NCBI RefSeq assembly: GCF_004010195.1
Contig: NC_057752.1
Coordinates: 14,061,727 to 14,085,098, forward strand
Source: Chiloscyllium plagiosum
Lineage: Eukaryota
Reading direction: 5' to 3'
DNA: 23,372 nucleotides
Shown here: positions 1 to 10,785 of the stretch, piece by piece
Layout of the letters: each line of letters opens with the position of its first letter
Numbering within the stretch: position 1 is the first letter of the stretch
Translations under genes and position numbers: made by a program
The notes under the pieces: model-generated
Seen by the model: the letters and a program-made list of their open reading frames with translations, nothing else
What the model was told of the DNA's origin: nothing
Database searches by the model: none

Positions 1-39
1 AGCTGCAGATAATGCATCCCATAATCATTTACTGACTGC

Positions 40-607
40 ACTGACGTTAGCAAGGCCTTTGACAGATTCCCCATGGTAGACTGGTTGGTCAGGTTAGATC
101 ACATGGGATCCAGGGAGAGCTAGCCAATTGGATACAAAATTGGCTTCAAAGTAGGAGACAGAGGGTAATGGTAGAGGGTGGTTGTTCAGACTGGAGGCTT
201 GTGACCAGTATTGTGCAACAAGCATTGGTACTAGGTCCACTGCTTTTCATTATGTAAATGATTTGGATGTGAATATAGGAGGAATGGTTAGTAAGTTTGC
301 AAATAACACCAAAATTGGTGGTATAGTGGACAGTGAAGAAGGTTATCGAAGATCACAATAGGATCTTGATCACCTGGGCCAGTGGACAGAGGAATGGCAG
401 ATGGGATTTAATGCAGATAAATGTGAGGTGTTGCATTTTCATGAAACAAACCAGGGTAGAACTTACACAGTTAAAGGTACAGTCCTGGGGAGTGTTGTTG
501 AACAGAACCAAGAGGTTCAGGTATATAGATCCTTGAAAATGGCCTGACAGGTCGACAGGGTGGTGAAGAAGGCATTTGGCACACTTGCCTTCATTGGTCA
601 GAGCACT
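40..607 (+). mobile_element. CR1-clade (HER1-like) LINE fragment, decayed RT region
   Basis: Degenerate DxSKAFD (gacgttagcaaggcctttgac), 'KFA(D)DTKIGG' (aagtttgcaaataacaccaaaattgg), W(Q)M(E)FN..KCEVLHF and VKKAFG motifs with frameshifts; closely parallels the minus-strand copy at 13274-14862. Confidence 0.9.
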
Positions 608-862
608 GGGCAGCAAGGTGGCTCAGTGGCTAGCACTGCTGCCTCACAGCGCGAGGGACCCAAGTTCGATCCCAGCCTCGGGCAACTGTCTGTGTGGAGT
701 CTGCACATTTCCCTTGTGTCTGCATGGGGTTCCTCCCACAATCCAAAGATGTGCAGGTTAGAGTGGATTGACTATGCTAAATTGTCCCATAGTTCCCAGC
801 CATCTCCTGGAAACCTGGACAGGTTGGGCTGGGGGGGCCTGTGTCCGTGCTGTATGACTCTA
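608..862 (+). mobile_element. HE1-type tRNA-derived SINE ending in a HER1 LINE-type tail
   Basis: gggcagcaaggtggctcagtgg (A box), agttcgatccc (B box), central ctgtctgtgtggag...gatgtgcaggttag, tail ccgtgctgtatgactcta. Confidence 0.88.
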
Positions 863-1145
863 TTGCTTGTGTTTCATGTGGCTGAGCTGCATTATTATAC
901 CAACTGAAGGCTGATTTAAAATGAAAAATGGAAATTACTACAATCTCAACTGTGATACAATGCTGTAAGGTCTGCTCTTCAAAATGCACCATTTCCAGCA
1001 AGACTAGAATAGCAGTTCATGCAACCAGCAACTGGAAAGGCATCAAAATCATTGCAAGTTACTCTGCAGCTTTACTTGTGTCAGCATCATCCATATTCTG
1101 CCAACATTTAGTCTCATTAAATCGCCACAAGATGTCAGTGCTGTA

Positions 1146-1243
1146 ACACGAATGGATCATCGAGCTGAAACATTAAGTCTGCTTCTTTCTCTCCACACAT
1201 AATGCCTGACTTGTTCTTTCCTGCGCTTCCTGCTTTTATCACA
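1146..1243 (+). mobile_element. Highly decayed Penelope-like pLTR fragment (possible third family)
   Basis: GAAACATTA at 1167-1175 followed by tctctccaca...tgcctgac(t)tg...ttcc, similar to the tgcctgacctgct...ttccagc tail of the other pLTR copies; hammerhead CTGANGA box not intact. Confidence 0.4.
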
Positions 1244-1323
1244 GCAGTTACCTGCACAGATGAAGATGCACTGAGGGTAACTGTTTGACCCAGGCAAGGA
1301 TACGATTGACATGCAGCTCTTAT

Positions 1324-1572
1324 GGGCAGCACAGTGGTTAGCACTGCTCCTTCAGAGTGCCAGACACCTGGGTTCAATTCGTGCCTCGGGCAACTGTCTG
1401 TGTGGAGTTTGCATGTTATCTGTGTGGGTTTCCTCCCCCAGTCCAAAAATGTGCAGGTTAGGTGAATTGGCCATGCTAAAGTGCCTGTAGTGTTAGGGGA
1501 ATGGGTCTGGGCGGGTTGGTGTGGACTTGTTGGGCTGAAGGGCCTGTTTCCACACTGTAGGTAATCTAATCT
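1324..1572 (+). mobile_element. HE1 SINE (internally deleted)
   Basis: gggcagcacagtggttagcactg head, ggttcaattc B box, tail gggcctgtttccacactgtaggtaatctaatct. Confidence 0.93.
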
Positions 1573-1940
1573 TAGCAAGATGGAGCAATGATGTGTTGAC
1601 TATATCAATAAAGGCACAAAATATCAATAATGTGGCAACTGTGATGAGCTTCCTCACCTTTGATGAAATAAGTGAACATTGGAGAGCACAGAAAAAGTCT
1701 AATCAGGGACAAAGAGTTATTGGAATATGTATGAATGCTTATAGACAAATATTTTACATCAAACCCATGTTTGGACTGACTATTGTAGCACTTTCAAATC
1801 ACCACCGAAGCAAAGTGCCCAGGAGAAATGTACGTGAAAGAACTCCAGACCAGAATTCTGGAAAGCTTTTGAATTACACACTGAGGAGAATGTCCTGTCA
1901 ATAAGTTAGAAGTCTGAAAGAGGGCAGACTTATTTCTCAG

Positions 1941-2066
1941 GAGACAGTGAGGGCTGCAGATGCTGGAGATCAGAGTCGAGAGTGTGTTGCTGGAAAAGCA
2001 CAGCAGGTCAGGCAGCACCCGAGGGGAGCAGGAAAATCGACATTTCGGACCGGAGCCCTTCATCTG
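1941..2066 (-). mobile_element. Solo Penelope-like pLTR (family A) with decayed hammerhead motif and 14-bp TSD
   Basis: Minus strand reads C(A)GATGA-A-GGGC-tccg-GTCC-GAAA-TGTC-gatttt; exact direct repeat GACTTATTTCTCAG at 1927-1940 and 2067-2080. Confidence 0.85.
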
Positions 2067-2123
2067 GACTTATTTCTCAGCCCAGTGGTAAAGCAAGAAA
2101 CTGGAACAATGTCTAATGCTGGT

Positions 2124-2263
2124 GTTCAAATACTGGCTATATACGGTACACCAGAGGTGTGAAACACTGGTGATGTGCTGTGTAGTGGGATGTACAAACA
2201 CTGTCAATGTACTGTTCACTCGAAATGTATAAACGCCGGTGATGTGTTATACACAAGAGATGT
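2124..2263 (+). repeat. Degenerate ~34-bp minisatellite, about 4 units
   Basis: aaa(c/t)(a/g)c(t/c)g anchors at 2128, 2162, 2196 and 2231 (spacing 34, 34, 35). Confidence 0.7.
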
Positions 2264-2911
2264 CCTCCTCCAGCTGGGGAGAGGTAAATTTGCCTTCTGT
2301 CCATCAGCAAAATTATTTGATTTGTTTTTCTATTTTGAGAGAGGCTGTGGTGTTGCCCCTAGATGTGAAGTCAATTTTTAAATGAACCACAACAAATTCT
2401 CTTTCAGATGAAGTGAGATGTATGATTTATTTGTGCAGCCAAACCTGAAGGATGATATACGCAATTGCACATACAAAGAGGAAAAAAAAGAAAGGAAATA
2501 GAATAATGTGAAAACACAGAGATAGATGTCAGAATCAAGAAGGTCCAGTGATGATTCTCTCCTGTAGGAGCTCAGAATAGACATTTCCTCTCCTTGGAGG
2601 GGAAATAGTTGGGCAAGTCGGTCCTGGAGAGATAGTTGCCCCTTCCTTGCCACCTCATCAATTAAACTCTGGGTAAAAAGGTTCCTGTGTGACCTTCTCG
2701 AGCCGTCACCAGTTAAAGCCCTTCAATTTCAGGCTGATGAGAAAAGGAGCTGTCCACTGAGTCATTGGGGTGGGAGAGGTATGCCTCCATTTGCCCCAAT
2801 CTGGGGTCAAGCAGAGGCAAGGAGGGTGCAAAAGGGTGGTCTCTGAAAGCCTCTGATACCTCGATTCCCATGGTCTGTGCCCCAGGACAGAAGGTCACAG
2901 TCACTGGGGAG

Positions 2912-3418
2912 TTGATGGCCTTCTGGTATTATTGCTGGCCTGCTAGTCCAGAGACCCAGGGAATATCTTGGAGACTGGGGTTCAAATCCTGCCACAGCAG
3001 ATGGTGGAAGTTGGATTCAATAAAAAATCTGGAATTAGGAATCCAATAATGACCATTGTCAATTGTTGGGAAACCCCATCTGGTTCACTACTGTCCTTTA
3101 GGGCTCATGATTCGGAGATGCCGGTGTTGGACTGGGGTGTACAAAGTTAAAAATCACGCAACACCAGGTTATAGTCCAACAGGTTTAATTGGAAGCACAC
3201 TAGCTTTCGGAGCGATGGAGTAAGTGTGAGGGATCAGGGTGATGGTGACAGAGTGAGTTCCTTCCTTTAGGGAGGGAAGCTGCCATCCTTACCTGGTTTG
3301 GCTGACAAGTGACTCCAGACCCACAACAATGTGGTCAACTCTTAACTGCCCTCTGGGATGGGCAATAAATGCTGACGCAGCCATGATGCCCTCATCCTGT
3401 GAATTAATTTGAAAAAAA
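2912..3418 (+). mobile_element. tRNA-type SINE (non-HE1 family), interrupted at 3104-3262
   Basis: ggttcaaatcc B box, aaaaatctggaatt, cccatctggttcact...tcctttaggg...tgactccagacccaca...gcaataaatgctg tail plus A-run; same family at 9800-10071, 11669-12092 and 19587-19858. Confidence 0.85.
3104..3214 (-). mobile_element. Penelope-like pLTR fragment (family B), truncated within hammerhead stem II
   Basis: Minus strand tcGCTCC-GAAA-GCTA-GTGtgcttccaattaaacctgttggactataacctggtgttg; insert 3104-3262 is flanked by TCCTTTAGGG at 3094-3103 and 3263-3272. Confidence 0.85.
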
Positions 3419-4065
3419 GGTATCTTCTTTGCACTGGGATCCCATGAGAAGGAGGAGGCCTTGACCCCAATAGACTTTAGGACCCAGTAGCTGCTGGCTT
3501 CTGATTCACCAGTAGCCCAGGTTACCAGTGTCAAGGCCTCTGATGTGGTGAGGCACTCGGCCACGCTCATATAGCAGCTGTTACCCGGTCACCAGCTAAT
3601 CCTGCAGTTTTCTGCGTTGCCACCTCATGCGTTGACCCCTACACTTAGTCCAAAAAGGGGGAGATTCTGCACTCGAATTCAGGGAGGCTCAGCTGGTCAA
3701 GCCAGGAGTTGCAGAATTCCTCTTACAGATGGCAAAGACACAGCGGTGGGAGGTGAGCTCATCAAGACTGCTCAGTCAATTACAAGGGTCCTTTCACAAT
3801 TGGGATTCGAGTGCCTGGACTTGAGGCCAGTTAGCTGTTATCGCAGAGTACTGCTTCCTGTTCTCTCTTTCAAAGGGGAGACTCAGACTTGAGGCAGGGT
3901 CATGGTCAGCCTGAAATGTAGCTGATGTTAACCAGCGTTTCAGCTTGGTCTGTCGAGTGAGCTTCAGAAATGGAGATTTAAAGGTTTTGAAAGGCCTGGG
4001 AAGTTTTGGCCATCTGAAAGGGCCAGTAAGGAGTCAGTTTCAGCTCATCAATTTCTATCGCTCTG

Positions 4066-4401
4066 AGTGGCTCAGCACTGTTGCCTCACAGTGCCAGGGA
4101 CCAAGGTTCGATTCCATCCTCGGGCAACTCAACTGTCTGCATGGAGTTTGCATGTTCTCCCTGTGTCTGTGTGGGTTTCCACTGCGTGCTCTGTTTCCTC
4201 CCACAGTCTAAAGATGTGCAGGTAAGGGTGTATTGGCCAGGCTAAATTGCCTCATAGTATGCAGGATGGGTGGATTAGCCATGGGAAATCCAGAGTTACA
4301 GGGATTGGGGAGGGGGTCTGTTTGGATAGGATGCTCTCTGGAGGCTTGGTGTGGATTCAATGAGTTGAATGGCCTGCTCCCACACTGTCAGAGTTCTATG
4401 A
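4066..4401 (+). mobile_element. HE1 SINE (older, diverged)
   Basis: cactgttgcctcacagtgccagggac, ggttcgattcc B box, aaagatgtgcagg, tail aatggcctgctcccacactgtcagagttctatga. Confidence 0.88.
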
Positions 4402-4404
4402 TAT

Positions 4405-5424
4405 ATAGCAAAGTTACAGCACAGAAAGAAGCCATTCAGCCCATCATATCCATGTGGCTAATTCTGATAGCCTTCCTCTCATCCCACTTTCTAGCCCCGG
4501 CTCTGTAACCCCACAGGCCCTTTTGAAACGGGTTGAGGGTTTCTGTCTCCACTATCAATTTGGACAGTGACCCAGACACCTACCACCCCCTGAGGTAAAG
4601 GACTTTCCTCATGTCCCTCTAACCCTTCCACCAATCACCTTCAATCTGTAGCCCTTGCTAAGTGACCTCTCTGTGAGGGGAAACAGACCTACCTTGCCCA
4701 CTCTGTCCAAGCCCCTCATTATGTTATACACCTCCATTCAATCACCCCCCACCCCCGCCCCACCTCCCCCACCCCAGCCTGTTCTGGGGAAAATACCCCT
4801 CGCCTCTCCAATCGCCTCTCACTCCTGCAATTTTCAAACCTTAGCAATATTCTTGGAAGTGTCCTCTGTAATCTCTCTAGAACAATGATGTCCTTCTTGT
4901 AATGTGGTGACCAGGACTGTGCACACAACCCCAGCTGTGGCCTTGCCAGTGCCTTATGTAACTCCAGCATTACATCCCTGCTCTTGCATTCAATACATCT
5001 CCCATACGTCTTTATTACTACCTTATCCCCCTGTCCTGCCACATTCAGGGACCTGTGGATAGGCTCTCCAAGGCCTCTCACATCCTCCACCCCTCTCAGT
5101 AGCCCTCCATTCATTGTTTATTGATTTGCTCAGTTTGCCCTCATCGCCTCCCCATTTCTTCAGATTGAATTCCATTTGCCACTTTTCCACCCACTTATCG
5201 TCCTGCAGTTAACAGCATCCTCTCCACTATGCGGCTAATTTTTGTGTTGTTTGCAAACTTCCTCATCACACTTCCCACATTTATGCCCAAGTCATTGATT
5301 CATACCACAAACAACAGGGAGCCAACACTGGTTCCCCGTGGAACCCCACTGGAAATCACTTTTTGTTCACAGAAACCTCCATTGATCATTACTCTTTTTC
5401 TCCCTGTCACTGAGCCAATTTTAG
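4405..5424 (-). mobile_element. Old CR1-clade LINE 3' portion
   Basis: ORF 4719-5114 (-) gives RDVMLELHKALARPQLGLCAQSWSPHYKKDIIVLERLQR (CR1 ORF2 C-terminal region); remnants of GVPxG and KFA(D)(D)TK upstream; 3' tail gggctgaatggcttctttctgtgct. Confidence 0.85.
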
Positions 5425-5454
5425 GTCCGGCTCACCATCTTTAAACTGCGTCCC

Positions 5455-5735
5455 ATGTTCCAAACACAGGCGAGGTCCTGTACGCTACAGATTGCTAGCA
5501 CTGGTGATACACCATATACCAGGGGTCCCCAATCACTCACGAAGCACAGTAAACCAGAGATCCCAAACCGCTGACGAGGTCCTGTACATAGAGATTGCTA
5601 GCATTGGTGATATGCTGTATACCTGGGGTCCCCAATCACTCATGAAGCACAGTAGACCAGAGATCCCAAACCACTGACGAGGTCCTGTACATAGAGATGT
5701 AGAAACACTGAAATGGCCAGACAGTGGTGATGTTT
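5455..5735 (+). repeat. Tandem repeat, ~103-bp unit (about 2.3 copies) built from three ~34-bp subunits
   Basis: cgaggtcctgtac recurs at 5471, 5575 and 5678; near-identical copies of ...ggggtccccaatcactca.gaagcacagta.accagagatcccaaacc. Confidence 0.88.
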
Positions 5736-5913
5736 TTGCTCTTGGCTTCTATTACCAACAAGCATGAGGCAAGTCAATTCAAGTTGTATCAATGGGTGTT
5801 GCATGTGGGTTTGTCCATTTTGAAATTGGTGGATTTTTTTTTGTTCATTCCAAACACACTGAACCATCTTTTAGTGTTTGCAGTTGCAATGCTGCCCCGG
5901 ATTTGCATATTTG

Positions 5914-6252
5914 GGGCAGCATGGGGGCTCAGTGGTTAGCACTGCTGCCTCACAGTGCCACGGACCCTGGTTTGATTCCACCCTCGGGTGACTGTCTGTG
6001 TGGAGTTTGCACATTCTCCCTGTGTCTGTGTGGGTTTCCTCCAGGTACTCCAGTTTCCTCCCATGGTCCAAAGATGTGCAGGTTAGGGTGAATTGGCCAT
6101 GCTAAATTGCCCCGTAGTGTTAGGCGCATTAGTCAGGGGTCAATATAGGGTAGGGGAATGGGTCGGGTGGGTTATTCTTCGGAGGGCCAGTGTGGACTTG
6201 TTGGGCCGAAGGGCTTCTTTCCATACTGTAGGAAATCTAATCTATTCTAATC
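5914..6252 (+). mobile_element. HE1 SINE, near full length
   Basis: gggcagcatgggggctcagtggttagcactgctgcctcacag, B box ggtttgattcc, complete central domain, tail ccatactgtaggaaatctaatctattctaatc. Confidence 0.95.
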
Positions 6253-6342
6253 AGTGTTGAGTTACAGACTGTACTGATATCTCAGCGTGCATCGACTCTG
6301 TCAATCACTGGTGAGTGTTGTATTTCAGTGATCAAACCTTCA

Positions 6343-6517
6343 CTTCTGGTCATTAGCTTCTGACTATCTGGGGGAAGCTGCTGTGCACGAATTGGCCATC
6401 GTGTTCCTTACATTACAACTTTTGAGTTCATCATAGAAACAAGGCTTTTCATTGGCTGTGAAGCGATTTGCAACACTTTGAGAATGTAAATGATGCGATA
6501 TGAATGCAAGTCTTTTG
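6343..6517 (+). mobile_element. 3' part of a SacSINE1/AmnSINE1-like DeuSINE
   Basis: gctgtgcacgaattggc...ttccttacattacaac...ttcattggctgtgaagcg.tttg...tatgaatgcaagtctttt resembles the AmnSINE1-type tail as I recall it; not database-checked. Confidence 0.65.
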
Positions 6518-6617
6518 TCCTTTGATGGCATGACATCATTCTCCATAAAAAAACTCAGTTCATCCTAACCCTAGCCACCTTCCTGGGCAATAATCACCTG
6601 TATTCTCCTGTGCATAA

Positions 6618-6788
6618 GGGCAGCACGGTGGCTCAATGGTTAGCACTGCTGCCTCACAGCTCCAGGGATCCAAGTTTGATTCCATCCTCGGGTGATTGTC
6701 TGCATGGAATTTGCATATTCTCCCTGTATCTTTGTGAGTTTCCTCCCACAGTTCAAACATGTACAGGTAAGGATTGGCCGTGCTAAAT
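6618..6788 (+). mobile_element. HE1 SINE, 3'-truncated
   Basis: gggcagcacggtggctcaatggttagcactgctgcctcacag...ggattggccgtgctaaat; no tail. Confidence 0.9.
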
Positions 6789-6821
6789 GATATGCTTTAT
6801 GCTTCCGGGCAATGGAACAAT

Positions 6822-7114
6822 GGGAGTGACGTGGTGGCTCAGTGATTAGCACTGCTGCTTCATAGCACCAGGGACCCAGGTTCGATTCCAGCCTCAGGCA
6901 ACTGTCTGTGTGGAGTTTGCACGTTCTCCCCGTGTCTGTGTGGGTTTCCTCCGGGTGCTCCGGTTTCCTCCCACAGTCCAAAGATGTGCAGGTCAGGGGA
7001 ATTGCCCATGGTAAATTGCCCGTAGCGTTAGGTGCGTTAGTCAGAGAGAAATGGGTCTGGGTGGGTTACTCTTCGGAGGGTCTGTTTCCACACTGTAGGG
7101 AATCTAATTTAATC
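6822..7114 (+). mobile_element. HE1 SINE
   Basis: gtggctcagtgattagc A box, ggttcgattcc B box, central domain, tail ctgtttccacactgtagggaatctaatttaatct. Confidence 0.95.
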
Positions 7115-7133
7115 TCACTGTGGCTTAATTGCT

Positions 7134-7279
7134 GAGTCAAGATTAGAGTGGTGTTGGAAAAGCCCCTGATGAAGGGCTTTTGCCCAAAACATCGATTTTC
7201 CTGCTCCTCGGATGCTGTCTGACCTGCTGTGCGTTTCCAGCACCACTCTGATCTCCAGCATCTGCAGGCCTCACCTCTG
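7134..7279 (+). mobile_element. Penelope-like pLTR (family A) with 5' inverted arm and CpG-decayed hammerhead
   Basis: CTGATGA(7166-7172)-A-GGGC-tttt-GCCC-aAAA-CaTC; 7141-7163 (gattagagtggtgttggaaaagc) is the reverse complement of 7231-7253 (gcgtttccagcaccactctgatc) with 3 mismatches. Confidence 0.85.
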
Positions 7280-7684
7280 CCTGCCTCGCTGACACAAACA
7301 TCCTTCCTCAGGATGACTTTAGCTTTCGATAGGACCTGAAACGACTGGCAGAGGTTCAGGCCCCAGTCGCACTAGCCATCATGTTCACTATCTCTCTTTG
7401 GCAGTCCTATGGATTGCAGGGAATGTCTGCTACGCCTTGCCAGAGGATAAGGAGAAGGAAAGACAGGGATGGGGGGGGAATGTCAGAAAAAGGTAAAGGA
7501 GGTGGCAAAGGGAAAGTAAATAGCTCAGCAAGCAGCAGCATTTCTTTAAACAAACTCACGGTCAGTCTGTTGCTAATGAAAGCTCTCAGAGTTTCTTCAG
7601 CTTTCTTCTTACTCCCACATCCTTCCTTAAGGCCAGTGCTGAGGTCAAACCCACTCTTCTTTGAGCAGGTGACCAGGGTTGCGC

Positions 7685-8002
7685 AGAATCCCTACAGTGT
7701 GGAAGCAGGCCACTTGGCCCATCAAGTGACCACTGATCCTCTGAAGAGCATCTCACCCAACTCTGCACTTTCCATGACTAACCGCCGCCCCCCCCTCCTA
7801 GCCTGCACATCCCTGGTCACCATGAGCAATTTAGCATGGCCAATCCACCCTAACCTGCACATCTTTGGACCGTGTGAGGAAACTAGAGAAAACCCACACA
7901 GACACGGGGAGAACTTACTAACTCCACACAGACAGTCGCCTGAGGGTGGGATCGAACCCAGGTCCCTGACACTGTGAGGCAGCAGTGCTAAAGCCACTAA
8001 GC
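7685..8002 (-). mobile_element. HE1 SINE subfamily carrying an internal CCTGCACATC direct repeat
   Basis: Reverse-complement HE1 head (ggttcgatccc B box) and tail (ccacactgtagggattct); cctgcacatc at 7802 and 7854. Confidence 0.92.
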
Positions 8003-8124
8003 AAGTGCTTGTGTTCTAGCCTATTATAGTCCTTCTTAGATACCCTCATTGCTGCCCCCTACTGTGTTGTTTTGGGTACTCCATTGGCTTCTTTCAGATC
8101 AATGAAGGTGCTCTGTGAAGCAAT

Positions 8125-8303
8125 AAGGGTTAGCTCAATTGGCTGAACAGTTGGTTGGTGATGCCATTTCTGTGGGTTCAGTTCCCATCCCTAACTGAAG
8201 TTACCATGATGATTCCTCCTTAGCCCCCTTGTCCGAGGTGTGGTGACCACCAATTGTCTCTTTTTCTCGAATGAGAAAGTCACCCCATGATGACTTTACC
8301 TTT
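8125..8303 (+). mobile_element. Decayed tRNA-type SINE, distinct family
   Basis: tagctcaattgg A-box-like, gggttcagttccc B-box-like, tail atgatgactttaccttt. Confidence 0.55.
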
Positions 8304-9669
8304 TCCACATGACTATCATGCTCCCCTCCGCCATTGTGAAAAGGTTCCCATCTCTACATTCTCTCAAAGCCGGCAGCTTTAGGACCAGATTTTGAATGTG
8401 GCTCGGTGATGTGATATGTAGACCTATACACAGGAGGGTCAAATCATTGAGATTCGGGCTGATATAAAGGGTCGCACAGTTCTCAAAGCACTGCCGAGCA
8501 ATAAGCATGGGCCTGTGTGTTACCACTTCCCAGCTGTGCTCTGGGGTGAGTCTGGTTTACTTATGGGAAAACCATCCCGCAATGTACCCATGCAGTTGCC
8601 TGATGTTTCATAACAGGGGTTGTAAATAATTGGCTGCAAATCTCCAGGCCACATCTATCACTGTCAGTTTTACTCTTAAAAATAGACTGGGAGTCTTGAA
8701 AGCTTACTCAGCTGTCGCAGGCATGACAGATAGAGGATACTCGACTAAGGGGGCAGAACTGGACTGAAGGACTGGATCTTAATTTAGAAGGGAATTTGTA
8801 AACGCTTAGATTGAGCTGGAGGGTGTCCCCTTGTACTGAAAGTAAAAGATGCACAGATGAGGATTTGCCCTTTTATTCTTAAAAGGCATTCTAATTATAT
8901 GGGACGACAGCTATCATTAAACACAGAGAATAATGCTTTCTATTTAATGAAAACCACTATTTCTACAGCACAGGACAGGAAGCGACCCATAAGTACCTTA
9001 CATTTGTACAACTCCAATGCTACGATAGAATCCTCATCCTAGCCCCACTCCTCCACCAACCATATTGTAGAATTAACAATATATTTCCCAGTTACCAATT
9101 AATGTCTTATACATATCAGGCTTCAAACAAGATATATAAGCCAGGTTTATTAATAACCTCTATTAAGGGCTTATTATCAAAACAAAACTTATTCAATAAA
9201 GATGCAATAATTGATTAACATACTCGGTCAGCAAATGCAACTATAAATACTTATCCCTCTAAAGAACTCAAGCATCCACACTTTAGGGGAAAAATTGGAT
9301 TTCAGCCTGCAGAGATTCACTTTGGAAATAATAAAAACACTTAATGGCCATCAGCATTAGTCTTGAAGGCAAAAAAGATCAAGTATATAATGTTCCAAAG
9401 TCTGTTGCTCCAATGTTGTGACACGGTTGTCACTGGAGTCTTGGTTGACACAGCTTGCTCAGGAAATATAATATTGAGCTGTCAGGTGGTAGTGTGGGGA
9501 AAAATAGAGAGAAAAAAAAAATAAACAGGAGCATCTGCCCTTTGAGAAGAGCACTGCTTGTCACTGGCCACTTGGGTGTTTTCTTTCTTCCTAGTGGTGG
9601 ATTATAAATAAAGATTTGCATGCTTGTTGTTTTTCACTGTGTCCGAAACCTGCAAGAAAACAAAAATAA

Positions 9670-9799
9670 CCAGGAGTGTCAGAGGTTCTGTTCACTCTGA
9701 GATCTGGCTCTGAGGGAGCTGGATCAGTGTCAGGGACTCTCCACATGTAAGTAAAGGGGGACTTGGTGACAAGATACTGGCCTCTACGGTGTTATTTCA
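9670..9799 (+). repeat. Dispersed repeat resembling an LTR 3' end (copy 1)
   Basis: ggagtgtcag.ggttctgtt...catgtaagtaaaggg.ga.ttggtga...tactggcctct..gg.gtta.ttCA is shared with 10985-11113; AGTAAA polyA-like signal and CA terminus. Confidence 0.6.
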
Positions 9800-10071
9800 A
9801 CTGCTTTCATGGCCATTTCAACTGATTAGATTAGATTAGATTACTTACAGTGTGGAAACAGGCCCTTCGGCCCAACAAGTCCACACCGACCCGCCGATGT
9901 GCCACCGTGCCGCCCACAATGAACTGCTTTCATTAAACTTTTAATTCCAGATTTTTATTGAATTCAATACTCATTGTCTCTCTGGTGGGATTCAAACACC
10001 GATTCCCCAGAACATTACCTGGCTCTCTGGATTATTCACCCAGTAACAACACCAAGAGGCCATTGTCTCCC
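9800..10071 (-). mobile_element. 5' half of the non-HE1 tRNA-type SINE, interrupted by a mini-HE1
   Basis: taattccagatttttattgaattcaa...gggattcaaac...ccccagaacattacctgg is the reverse complement of the 2912-3050 head. Confidence 0.75.
9824..9916 (-). mobile_element. Mini-HE1: 5' ~18 nt fused directly to the 3' tail
   Basis: Minus strand gggcggcacggtggcaca|tcggcgggtcggtgtggacttgttgggccgaagggcctgtttccacactgtaagtaatctaatctaatctaatc. Confidence 0.85.
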
Positions 10072-10291
10072 CTAAGTAAATGCTGTAAATGGAAAAAGAG
10101 GGATTGTCCTTAAGGACATTTGGGCTAGGGTAATGATGAGGCAAGACTTCGTGAATCTAACTCTTGGATCCTGCAGTAACCCTGGTCCATTTTCCTGGGG
10201 TGGGTTATATTTGGCATGTAAAGCGTTGTTCTGTTACTGATATGACCATTTTTTCAGTGTCAGTCTAGAAAGTAGACCAAAGGACTGTACG

Positions 10292-10416
10292 ACATAGGAG
10301 CAGAAATTAGGCCATTCAGCCCATTGAGTCTGCTCCACCATTCAATCATGGCTGATAAGTTTCTCAACCCCATTCTTCCACCTTCTCCCCATAACCTTTG
10401 ATCCCCTTAACAATCT
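10292..10416 (-). mobile_element. CR1 LINE 3' tail fragment
   Basis: cataggagcagaaattaggccattcagcccattgagtctgctccaccattcaatcatggctgat...ttctccccataacctttgat; related to 20707-20868. Confidence 0.8.
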
Positions 10417-10581
10417 AGAAAGTGAATAACAGCAAGCTATTCCTTCGTAAGGAACATTCATAATAGGCCTCTGGATAACTGACAGTGAGGATGTCAAGAT
10501 AATTGCAATGCTCATCCTTCAACTGGTTGGGACTAGTTCATTACAAACTGGAAACTGAACTTTCTGGGGAAACATGGACCC

Positions 10582-10785
10582 AGAGTCACAGAGGTGCTGG
10601 GGTGCAGAAGGAAGCCATTAGGGCTGTCATGCCTGCACTGGTTCATTAAATGAGCATCATTGCCAAGTGCCAATTTCCTGCATTTCCCTATTATCTTTGC
10701 ATGCTAGTTCCATCCAAATCACCATCCAATGCCTCAGATGAACCTGCCTCCATCACACTTCCCAACAGTGCATTCCATCAGTATT
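10582..10785 (-). mobile_element. Decayed CR1 LINE 3' tail fragment
   Basis: agagtcacagagg...cagaaggaagccatt...ttccatccaaatcaccatccaatgcc...cctgcctccatcacacttcccaacagtgcattcca. Confidence 0.6.

Noticed and set aside
2340..2720. Possible minus-strand LTR-like block (also 9065-9425)
   Set aside because: No TSD, second copy or clear termini found
5571..5712. CTGACGA boxes at 5571 and 5674 with a downstream TACAT-agag-ATGTA-GAAA as a possible hammerhead
   Set aside because: Seven unpaired nt separate the box from the hairpin, and no NUH or stem III follows GAAA; it is part of the minisatellite
5914..5985. tRNA genes at SINE heads (also 608, 6618, 6822, 21131)
   Set aside because: A/B boxes are present but they run into SINE bodies with no complete cloverleaf
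7295..7345. Minus-strand GAAAGCTA...CTGAGGA-A resembling a permuted hammerhead
   Set aside because: Stems I and II do not pair convincingly and there is no pLTR tail
7408..7670. Minus-strand open frame with a gtgagt donor and a strong polypyrimidine tract
   Set aside because: No recognisable product and no consistent exon chain; not supportable without transcripts
7381..7977. Longest ORF (198 aa)
   Set aside because: The second half is antisense HE1 and the first half is low-complexity purine-rich sequence; no recognisable domain
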